DNA from: a virus
Taxonomy: Duplodnaviria > Caudoviricetes
Virus record (IMG/VR): IMGVR_UViG_3300043184_000220
Location: 1-29,539 of that record
Strand: one strand, 5' to 3'
DNA: 29,539 nt
In this document: piece by piece, positions 1 through 6,118 of the stretch
How positions within the stretch are numbered: position 1 is the stretch's first letter
Layout of the letters: every line of letters begins with the position of its first letter
Notes under the pieces: model-generated
The model's input: the letters and a program-made list of their open reading frames with translations, nothing else
Told to the model about the DNA's origin: nothing
The model's database searches: none
Program-made: the position numbers and the translations under genes

Positions 1-360
1 ATGACCGACAACGTGCAGAAGTTCCCAGGCGCCGCAGCACTGCCGGAGAACCCGATGGAGCTGGCGCCGCGCCACCCGGGCTGGTGCAGCCATGAGGCGG
101 TGACGCTGGACGAGCACACCCGCACCGTGACGTGCGCGAACCCGAAGTGCGGCGCGGTGCTGGACCCGTTCTCGTTCCTGGCAAGCAACGCGCACACGAT
201 TCAGCGCGCGTGGTCGGCTTACCGGCAGGCCATGACGCAGGCCAACGAAGTGGCCGAGCGCGTGAGCGTGCTGAAGAAGGAAGAACAGCGCCTGCGCGCG
301 ATGGTGAAGCGCCTGCAAGAGAAGGTGCCCGTGCTGAACACGCGGTGCCGCGAGTTGTGA
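1..360 (+). CDS. Phage hypothetical protein with putative Zn-binding Cys/His motif and C-terminal coiled coil; probable gene-cassette ORF
   Basis: 119-aa ORF; CSH...CANPKC then heptad-rich helix; stop codon abuts the attC site at 362. Confidence 0.75.
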   Translation: MTDNVQKFPGAAALPENPMELAPRHPGWCSHEAVTLDEHTRTVTCANPKCGAVLDPFSFLASNAHTIQRAWSAYRQAMTQANEVAERVSVLKKEEQRLRAMVKRLQEKVPVLNTRCREL

Positions 361-361
361 A

Positions 362-461
362 GTCGAACGTTCGAGCTAAGCAGCCGTGAACGGCGCCGAG
401 GCTTGGACGGAGCGAGAAAACGTGACCGCCGTTCGCGGTCTGCTTGAGCGAGGGGTTGTGC
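362..461 (-). other. Integron attC recombination site (100 bp), oriented on the minus strand
   Basis: Minus strand: R'' GCACAAC, 5-nt spacer, L'' GCTCAAGC (extra C at position 4), AG-A-CCGCGAACGGCG (second extra base) ... CGCCGTTCACGGCT, L' GCTTAGC, 6-nt spacer, R' GTTCGAC. Confidence 0.85.
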
Positions 462-499
462 TTCACCCATCCGAAGCGCGCGACTTTAGGAGTGCCGAC

Positions 500-811
500 A
501 TGGCGCTGAGCAAGTGGATTCCCGAGAGCGACCCGTTGACCTTGCGCCGCGTGGGCAAGACCAGCGAAGAAGCCTCAGAGTTGGTGAAGGTGTGCAGCCG
601 CATCACGATTCAGGGCATGGCAGGCGTTGACCCGGCCACCGGAGTGCCGAACCGCGAGGCTCTGACGAAGGAGATCGCCGACGTGATGGCGCAGTGCGAC
701 GTGTGCATCGACGCCTTCGGGCTGGATTGGGACGCGATCCGGCGCCGCATGCGTGAGAAGGTGGAGCAGATGCGCGAGTGGGAGGCGATGTTCTCTCAGC
801 CCGCCGCGTGA
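500..811 (+). CDS. MazG-like nucleotide pyrophosphohydrolase (cassette-borne)
   Basis: AGGAG RBS then ATG at 500 (preferred over GTG 386, which lies inside attC); KTSEEASEL...EIADV acidic ExxE...ExxD motif of the all-alpha NTP-PPase fold. Confidence 0.7.
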   Translation: MALSKWIPESDPLTLRRVGKTSEEASELVKVCSRITIQGMAGVDPATGVPNREALTKEIADVMAQCDVCIDAFGLDWDAIRRRMREKVEQMREWEAMFSQPAA

Positions 812-835
812 AGCACAACAAGCATTGAACCAACC
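808..835 (-). other. Cassette junction / attI- or attG-like primary insertion site
   Basis: GTGAAGCACAAC (808-819) is the perfect reverse complement of GTTGTGCTTCAC (455-466); sequence right of 819 does not form an attC hairpin. Confidence 0.6.
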
Positions 836-853
836 GTGCAAGGGCTGCCCGCC

Positions 854-1180
854 ATGCCCTACCGCACCACCCCCCGCTCCGCCGCCCAGCGTGAGCGGGT
901 GCGGCAGGCCATGCGGGCGGGGGCGGACAAGACGCGGGCGGCGCGGCCGGCGCCGGAGTACCCGCTGCCGCGGCCGGTGCTGCGGCGCACGGTGATCGTG
1001 ATCGACCACGACTTCGGGCTGCGCACCCACACCATCCGCCTGTACCGCACGCCGCGCATCGACCAGTACCGCGCCACCGTGAACGGCGCGCCCTGGAAGG
1101 CACGCATCGGCTGGAGCCGCGTGCTCGCCGCCCTGCGCAAGGGGTTGCCGCGGCTGCCCTCGCCGAGGCGCGTGTGGTAG
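854..1180 (+). CDS. Phage hypothetical protein (basic)
   Basis: ORF with phage-like codon usage; ATG 854 chosen over GTG 836. Confidence 0.7.
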   Translation: MPYRTTPRSAAQRERVRQAMRAGADKTRAARPAPEYPLPRPVLRRTVIVIDHDFGLRTHTIRLYRTPRIDQYRATVNGAPWKARIGWSRVLAALRKGLPRLPSPRRVW

Positions 1181-1212
1181 CGTCCGTCCGCCCCGGGCTG
1201 AACCTGGGGTAC

Positions 1213-1274
1213 GGGTGTGGCAGCCCGGATGACCTCGCGGCACAAGGCCGCACCGGCGCATGCAGTGCGGCCTT
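1213..1274 (+). promoter_or_regulatory. C4 target site a1-b1 followed by a terminator-like hairpin
   Basis: GGGTGTGGCAGCCC hairpin exposing TGGCA (1218-1222), then TGACCTCGCGG (1230-1240), both complementary to C4 loops; AAGGCCGCAC/GTGCGGCCTT stem 1244-1274. Confidence 0.75.
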
Positions 1275-1295
1275 CTGCATTCTGGGCACCAATCA

Positions 1296-1382
1296 ATGGC
1301 GGCCCGGACAGGGAGCCGCAAGGCTCGCCAGCTTCCGCTCCGCGGGGTCACTGGTCTGCCAACCTGTTCGGGCTGCCGCCAC
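1296..1382 (+). ncRNA. c4: C4 antisense RNA (P1/P7/P4-type)
   Basis: Long closing stem GGCGGCCCGGACAGG/CCTGTTCGGGCTGCC, GAGCC-GCAA-GGCTC hairpin, loops CTCCGCGGGGTCA (1338-1350) and CTGCCAA (1356-1362); upstream of an antirepressor. Confidence 0.88.
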
Positions 1383-1383
1383 T

Positions 1384-1426
1384 TTGGCAGGTGGGGGCAG
1401 CACTCGTGACGCTGACCCCATGGAGG
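1384..1426 (+). promoter_or_regulatory. C4 target site a2-b2 overlapping the antirepressor RBS
   Basis: TTGGCAG (1384-1390) is the exact complement of CTGCCAA; TGACCCCATGGAG (1413-1425) matches the complement of 1338-1350 at 11/13 and overlaps GGAGG. Confidence 0.8.
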
Positions 1427-1432
1427 CCAACG

Positions 1433-2203
1433 ATGGCTGACTCTTCCTCGAGCGCGACGACGCTCACCTACGTCTATCCCTCCTTCCAGCTGCGCCACGT
1501 GATGCGCGGCGCCGAACCCTGGTTCATTGCCGCCGACGTGTGCGCGGCGCTCGGAGTCGGCAACACGGGCATGGCCATCGGGCGGCTCGACGACGACGAG
1601 AAGGGTGTCATTTCAATTGATACCCCTGGCGGCCCGCAGCGCGTGGGCATCGTCAGCGAATCCGGCCTGTACGCCCTCATCCTGGGTAGCCGCAAGCAGC
1701 AGGCGAAGGTGTTCCGCAAGTGGGTCACCTCCGAAGTGCTCCCCGCCATCCGCCGCACCGGCCGCTACGAGACCACCTCGCCGGCGCCGGAGCCGGCGCT
1801 GCTGGCCGGCATGCAGGCGCAGGTGGGCGCGCTGCAAGAGCAGATCACGGCTCGTGACACGGCCATCGCCAAGCTGCACGGGCAGCTGCTGGGCTCCATG
1901 GGCCGGCAGGTGCGGCTGCTCGAGCGCATGGCGCACGTGCAGCGCCGCGCCGGCCGCCGCGAAGCGGTGCGCCTGGCGGTGGACATGGAGCGCCGGGGCG
2001 AGCCGCGGGAGCGCATCCGCCTGGCCACGGGCATCAACGACAACTACCTGCGCCAGATCATGTTCAAGGCCCGCGCCGCGGGCGACCTGCCGCCGCTGCC
2101 GGCGGGCGCGGAAGGGGGCGAGGCCTCGGCCCCGCACGCGCTGCACCCCGCTCAGCACCAGCTCGACCTCGCCGGCATGGCCGCCGCGGCGGTGGTGCTG
2201 TGA
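1433..2203 (+). CDS. Bro-N domain phage antirepressor
   Basis: EPWFIAADVCAALG...LDDDEKG...DTPGGPQ...VSESGLYALILGSRK..AK.FRKWVTSEVLPAIRRTGRY; GGAGG RBS before ATG 1433. Confidence 0.92.
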   Translation: MADSSSSATTLTYVYPSFQLRHVMRGAEPWFIAADVCAALGVGNTGMAIGRLDDDEKGVISIDTPGGPQRVGIVSESGLYALILGSRKQQAKVFRKWVTSEVLPAIRRTGRYETTSPAPEPALLAGMQAQVGALQEQITARDTAIAKLHGQLLGSMGRQVRLLERMAHVQRRAGRREAVRLAVDMERRGEPRERIRLATGINDNYLRQIMFKARAAGDLPPLPAGAEGGEASAPHALHPAQHQLDLAGMAAAAVVL

Positions 2204-2478
2204 AGGGGGCCGCCGCGATGTTGCACGTGAAACACCTCGACGCCGGCCTCTCGGAGCTGTGGTTCGCCGCGCACCAGTGCCAGAGCGTGGCGGAGGCCAT
2301 CCGCGACGCGGCCACGGCCCTCGAGGCGCGGGGCGCGGCGCAGGAACGCCTCGTCTCCACCATCGACGGCCTGGCCGGCGCCGCCGTGGCCGTGGCCCGG
2401 CAGGCCTGCGAGCGGGCGGAGGCGCTGCAACGGCGCCTCGCGGAGCCCGCCTCGCCCCCGGCGCCGCCGGCGGCGTAG
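2200..2478 (+). CDS. Hypothetical helical protein
   Basis: GTGA overlap with the antirepressor stop; alternative ATG at 2218. Confidence 0.6.
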   Translation: MKGAAAMLHVKHLDAGLSELWFAAHQCQSVAEAIRDAATALEARGAAQERLVSTIDGLAGAAVAVARQACERAEALQRRLAEPASPPAPPAA

Positions 2479-2488
2479 CGCCGCCATC

Positions 2489-2517
2489 CGCGCCGGCCCC
2501 TGCGCGGGGCCGGCGCG
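2489..2517. terminator. GC-rich hairpin between convergent genes (possible bidirectional terminator)
   Basis: CGCGCCGGCCCC-tgcgc-GGGGCCGGCGCG 12-bp stem; no U-tract. Confidence 0.45.
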
Positions 2518-2537
2518 CGGGCCGCCGTCACGCCCCG

Positions 2538-2768
2538 TCAGCGCGCGAGCCAGAAACCCGAGAACGACACCCGAGGCTGCTGCGCCAGCACCCGCCGCAG
2601 CAGAAACTGCTGCAGGCCGAGGGCTTCGTAGGCCCAGTCCAGCGCGGCATCCAGCGTCGGGAAGGTGCCGAGGACGCGGTCGCCCAGGACGACGACGAAC
2701 TCGCCCTCGTGATCGCGCAGCAGCGCGGGCAGGGCGGCGTCGAAGGCGGCGATCTCGCGCTCGAGCAT
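2538..2768 (-). CDS. Small DUF5678-like protein (counter-oriented accessory gene)
   Basis: GGGAG RBS, ATG 2768; LLRDHEGEFVVVLGDRVLGTFPTLDAALDWAY pattern. Confidence 0.7.
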   Translation of the reverse strand: MLEREIAAFDAALPALLRDHEGEFVVVLGDRVLGTFPTLDAALDWAYEALGLQQFLLRRVLAQQPRVSFSGFWLAR

Positions 2769-2825
2769 GGCGGGCTCCCGATGTGGCGGCGGCCAGTGTG
2801 GGCCAGCCCGGCCCGGCTGCGGGCT

Positions 2826-2880
2826 CCGACCGCCGCCCCCCTGCCCGGGTATCGCGCGCGCGCGGAGGATGCGCGGCATG
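2826..2880 (+). promoter_or_regulatory. Putative late promoter of the lysis operon (leaderless)
   Basis: CCGAnnnCCGCCCCCCTGC starts 52 nt before the ATG, the same motif and spacing as at 11904. Confidence 0.65.
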
Positions 2881-3243
2881 AACACCCCGCCGCGCGCCCC
2901 CACCCCGCCCAGCGAAGACGACGACGACACCGACTGGACCCCGCCGCGCATGGCCGGCTGGGCGCTGCTGGCGGCCGTGCTGTGCGCCGCGGTGTGGTTC
3001 ATGGCGCCGCAGCAGCTGCCGGTGAGCTTGTACAAGCTCTCGCTCGTGTCGATGGCCGCGGTGGCGGGCTACTGGATCGACCGCAGCCTGTTCCCCTACG
3101 CGCGGCCGGACAAGCTCTTCGGCCGCGCGCCGATGGCGAATGACACGCTCGCCGGCCCGCGCTCGCTGATGGTGGCCGCAGCGATGCTGCGCCGGGCGCT
3201 GGTGGTGGCCGCGGCGATGCTGGCCACGGGGCTGGGCGCGTGA
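2878..3243 (+). CDS. Putative holin (2/3-TM family of Mu-like phages)
   Basis: PRMAGW...APQQLPVSLYKLSLVSMAAVAGYWIDRSLFPYARP...MLRRALVV; directly before the endolysin. Confidence 0.85.
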   Translation: MNTPPRAPTPPSEDDDDTDWTPPRMAGWALLAAVLCAAVWFMAPQQLPVSLYKLSLVSMAAVAGYWIDRSLFPYARPDKLFGRAPMANDTLAGPRSLMVAAAMLRRALVVAAAMLATGLGA

Positions 3244-3995
3244 GCCTTCTCCAGGGGGTGCTGCGCACGCTCGTTCGCCGCGCCGCGGCGCTGCTGCTGG
3301 GCGTGGTGGCCGTGGTGGCGGGCGTGGGGGCGGGTGCCGCCGCGGCGCAGCCCGCGCCGCCGCTGCTGCCGCCGGCGGCGGCGGCGCGCTACCGCGCCGA
3401 GCTGGTGCGCGCCGCGCACGGGCAGTGGGGCCTCACCGCCCCGGTGGCGCTGCTGGCGGCGCAGGTGCACGCCGAGAGCGCGTGGCAGCCGCAGGCCGTC
3501 AGCCGCGTGGGCGCACGGGGCCTGGCGCAGTTCATGCCCGCCACGGCCACCTGGTGGTGCGCCGCGCAGCGCACCGCCGCGGCCGATTGCGTGCCCGAGA
3601 ACCCCACCTGGGCGCTGCGCGCGATGGTGGGCTACGACCGCTGGCTGTTCGAGCGCCTGGCCGCCGCGGGTGAAGAGCCCGATCGCCTGTGGGCGATGCT
3701 GCGCGCCTACAACGGCGGCCTGGGCCACTGGCAGGCCGAGGCACGCAACGCTGCCGGCGGCGGCACCGCGCGGCCCACCCGCGCGGCGGTGGATGCCGCC
3801 TGCGGCACGGCCCGGCGCCACGTGAGCCACTGCGCGGAGAACCTCGGCTACCCGCACCGCATCATGCGGGTGCTTCAGCCGCGCTACTCCGGCTGGGGGC
3901 GGGTGGTGGCCGTGAACGCCACCGGCACGGCCGCGCCCACGGGGCCCACGGCCGCGCCGCTGCCGGGGCTGCCCGCAGCCGGGAACGCCCGATGA
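3240..3995 (+). CDS. Endolysin, SLT lytic transglycosylase with hydrophobic N-terminus
   Basis: AQVHAESAW, GARGLAQFMPATA, AYNGG motifs. Confidence 0.92.
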   Translation: MSLLQGVLRTLVRRAAALLLGVVAVVAGVGAGAAAAQPAPPLLPPAAAARYRAELVRAAHGQWGLTAPVALLAAQVHAESAWQPQAVSRVGARGLAQFMPATATWWCAAQRTAAADCVPENPTWALRAMVGYDRWLFERLAAAGEEPDRLWAMLRAYNGGLGHWQAEARNAAGGGTARPTRAAVDAACGTARRHVSHCAENLGYPHRIMRVLQPRYSGWGRVVAVNATGTAAPTGPTAAPLPGLPAAGNAR

Positions 3996-4576
3996 ACGCG
4001 CGGCTGCTGGTGATCGGGGTGGTGCTGCTGGCGCTGGCCGGCGCGGTGGCGAGCGTGCTGCCCTCGTGCAGCGCCGCGCGCGAGCGCGCCGCGGCCGTGG
4101 CCGAGTGGCGCGCCGCCACGGCCGAGGCCACGCTCACCCGCGAGCGCGAGCTGCGCGTGCGGGCCGATGTGCTGACGGCGCAGCTGGCCGCCGCCGAGCG
4201 CGACATCCACGCCGCCCTGAAGGAGCGAGACGATGCCCTGCAACGTGCCACGACTGGCCGCCCCTGCCTGCGCGCTGATGCTCTGCGCGTGCTCGACGGT
4301 GCCCCCGGTCTCCGTGTCCAGCCCGTGCCCGCGGCCGCCGCCGCAGATGCTCGAGCGCATGCCGCCGCTGCCGCCGATCCCGGCCTCGATCGCGCCGCTG
4401 GCGCCCCTGCCGCCGAGCCTGCCGCCGGCGGGCTAGATGCGAGGCTGGAGGCCACCGACACCCAGGCCGCTGGCTGGATGCTGGCCGCCGGCGCGCAGTA
4501 CGAAACCTGCCGCGCGCGGCTGCACGCGCTGATCGACCACGTGAGCGGCGCCGCCGCCGCAGGCCCCCCGCCGTGA
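3992..4576 (+). CDS. Rz: Rz-like inner-membrane spanin
   Basis: ATGA overlap with endolysin; N-terminal TM helix, coiled coil, C-terminal Cys. Confidence 0.75.
   Translation: MNARLLVIGVVLLALAGAVASVLPSCSAARERAAAVAEWRAATAEATLTRERELRVRADVLTAQLAAAERDIHAALKERDDALQRATTGRPCLRADALRVLDGAPGLRVQPVPAAAAADARAHAAAAADPGLDRAAGAPAAEPAAGGLDARLEATDTQAAGWMLAAGAQYETCRARLHALIDHVSGAAAAGPPP
4233..4436 (+). CDS. Rz1: Rz1-like outer-membrane lipoprotein spanin nested in the +1 frame of Rz
   Basis: AAGGAG upstream; lipobox LCAC followed by a Pro-rich mature peptide; fully embedded in Rz. Confidence 0.8.
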   Translation: MPCNVPRLAAPACALMLCACSTVPPVSVSSPCPRPPPQMLERMPPLPPIPASIAPLAPLPPSLPPAG

Positions 4577-4902
4577 GCATGACCTCCTACGAAATCATCA
4601 TCACGGTGGTGGCCCTGGTGAACCTGGCGCTCACGCTGCGCGCCATCCGCGCCGGCAACGCCAAGGCGGCCACCTCGCGCCTGGACGAGATGGAGAAGGC
4701 CCTGCGCGAGACGCTGAGCGCGCACGAGGCCTCGCTCACCCGGCTCGTCACGCTGGCGGACAACGCGGTCACGCACGACCACCTGGCGCACGTCTATGGC
4801 GACCTGAAGTCCATCTCGCAGCAGGTGCACACGCTCGTGGGGCAACAGCAGCAGATGAACGACAACCTGCGCCTGGTGCTGGCGCGCTTCGTGCGCGAGT
4901 GA
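4573..4902 (+). CDS. Mu gp25-like (DUF2730-like) membrane-anchored coiled-coil protein
   Basis: N-terminal TM plus coiled coil; syntenic position after the spanins. Confidence 0.7.
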   Translation: MSMTSYEIIITVVALVNLALTLRAIRAGNAKAATSRLDEMEKALRETLSAHEASLTRLVTLADNAVTHDHLAHVYGDLKSISQQVHTLVGQQQQMNDNLRLVLARFVRE

Positions 4903-4912
4903 GGCGCCCGCC

Positions 4913-5173
4913 GTGACGACGCCCACCGCCGACGCGCGCCGCCGCAGCCTGCTGGCGACGCTGTTCTTCGCGCCGCAGGGCGCCGCCCGCGTGGGCGAGC
5001 TGGTGCGGGAGATGGAGCTGGTGCACTCCATCGCCACCAGCGCCGACCAGGTGCGCGGCGACCTGAGCTGGCTCGCCGAGCAGGGCTTCGTGCGCCTGGC
5101 GCACGACACCGCCCTCGTCACCGAGCGCGGGCGCGACGTGGCCCGCCGCGCGGCGCCCTGGCCGGGCGAGTAG
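4913..5173 (+). CDS. Mu gp26-like winged-helix protein
   Basis: RRRSLLATL...SADQVRGDLSWLAEQGFV...TERGRDVA. Confidence 0.8.
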   Translation: MTTPTADARRRSLLATLFFAPQGAARVGELVREMELVHSIATSADQVRGDLSWLAEQGFVRLAHDTALVTERGRDVARRAAPWPGE

Positions 5174-5192
5174 CGCCGGGCGCGGCGCCTGT

Positions 5193-5228
5193 ACCCCCAC
5201 CCCCACCCCCACCCCCACCCCCACCCCC
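5193..5228. repeat. (ACCCCC)x6 perfect microsatellite; (GGGGGT)x6 on the minus strand
   Basis: Read directly from the sequence. Confidence 0.95.
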
Positions 5229-5299
5229 TCACCGGAGCCAAGCGATGAAGTCCTGGGAGAAGAGCATCCTGTCGCCGATGTGGGCGTGCCGTTCGGTCG

Positions 5300-5518
5300 T
5301 CAATCGTCGATCGTCCACAGGTTCTGCGCCATCGACCCGAGAAGCGCCGCCGCGCCCACCTCGCCCACGCGGTGCAGCTGCTGGTTCGCGCCGGCGAGTT
5401 GCTCCATGAGTGCGTCCTGCGTCAGTGCACCGCTCTTGCAGAGCGCCCGCACGAGCGCGGCGTACGCGTAGTACAGCGCCAGCGCCTTCTCGTCGGCCGG
5501 GGTCGGAGTGTTCGCCAT
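5300..5518 (-). CDS. Small helical hypothetical protein (counter-oriented accessory gene)
   Basis: AAAGG RBS, ATG 5518, 72 aa MANTPTPADEKALALYYAY... Confidence 0.65.
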   Translation of the reverse strand: MANTPTPADEKALALYYAYAALVRALCKSGALTQDALMEQLAGANQQLHRVGEVGAAALLGSMAQNLWTIDD

Positions 5519-5598
5519 GCTGATGCCTTTCGAGCTCGAGGTTCGGCAGGGTGGCCACGTGCCGCCCCGCGGGGCCTCGTTGTAGCGCCCAGCATCCA

Positions 5599-6108
5599 AT
5601 GGCACACCCCCGCGAAACCCGCCTCGCGCTGCGCGCGGCCTTCCTCGGCGGCTTGGGGCTGGAGCAGGCGGCCGAGAAGGCCGGCGTGGCGCTGGCCACC
5701 GCGCGGCGCTGGAAGCAGGCCGCCGCAGCCGAGGGCGACGACTGGGAGCGCTTCCAGGCCGCCAGCCTGGTGGTGGCCGGGGGCGGCTTCGATCAGGCGA
5801 TGGGCCGCGTGGCGGCGGCCGTGATCCTGCGCAGCGAGGCGCTGATGGAGCGCATCGCCGCCAGCGACGAGATCGACCCGCTGGAGGCCACGCGCGCGAT
5901 CGCGAGCCTGGCGGACAGCCTCACGAAGGCGCGCGCCGCGGCCAAGGGTCTGATGCCGGGCACGGACCGCCTCGCCACCGCGATGGGCGTGGTGAAGGCG
6001 CTCACCACCTTCATCCAGGCGCGCTACCCGCAGCACGTGGTGGCCTTCGCGGAGGTGCTCGAGCCCTTCGGGCGCGAGCTGCTGGCCGAGCGGGCCGACC
6101 TCGGGTAG
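5599..6108 (+). CDS. DUF1804 family protein (Mu gp27-like, putative small terminase)
   Basis: MAHPRETR...N-terminal HTH (LEQAAEKAGVALATARRWK)...GDDW; precedes the large terminase. Confidence 0.88.
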   Translation: MAHPRETRLALRAAFLGGLGLEQAAEKAGVALATARRWKQAAAAEGDDWERFQAASLVVAGGGFDQAMGRVAAAVILRSEALMERIAASDEIDPLEATRAIASLADSLTKARAAAKGLMPGTDRLATAMGVVKALTTFIQARYPQHVVAFAEVLEPFGRELLAERADLG

Positions 6109-6118
6109 GGGCGCAGCC

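Noticed and set aside
386-499. N-terminal extension of the MazG-like ORF from GTG 386
   Set aside because: It runs through the attC hairpin; a clear AGGAG RBS supports ATG 500
1217-1432. 72-aa N-terminal extension of the antirepressor
   Set aside because: The region is explained by the C4 RNA and its targets; GGAGG precedes ATG 1433
5229-5299. Separate small minus-strand gene ending MLFSQDFIAWLR
   Set aside because: Too short and no RBS; at most a gene remnant
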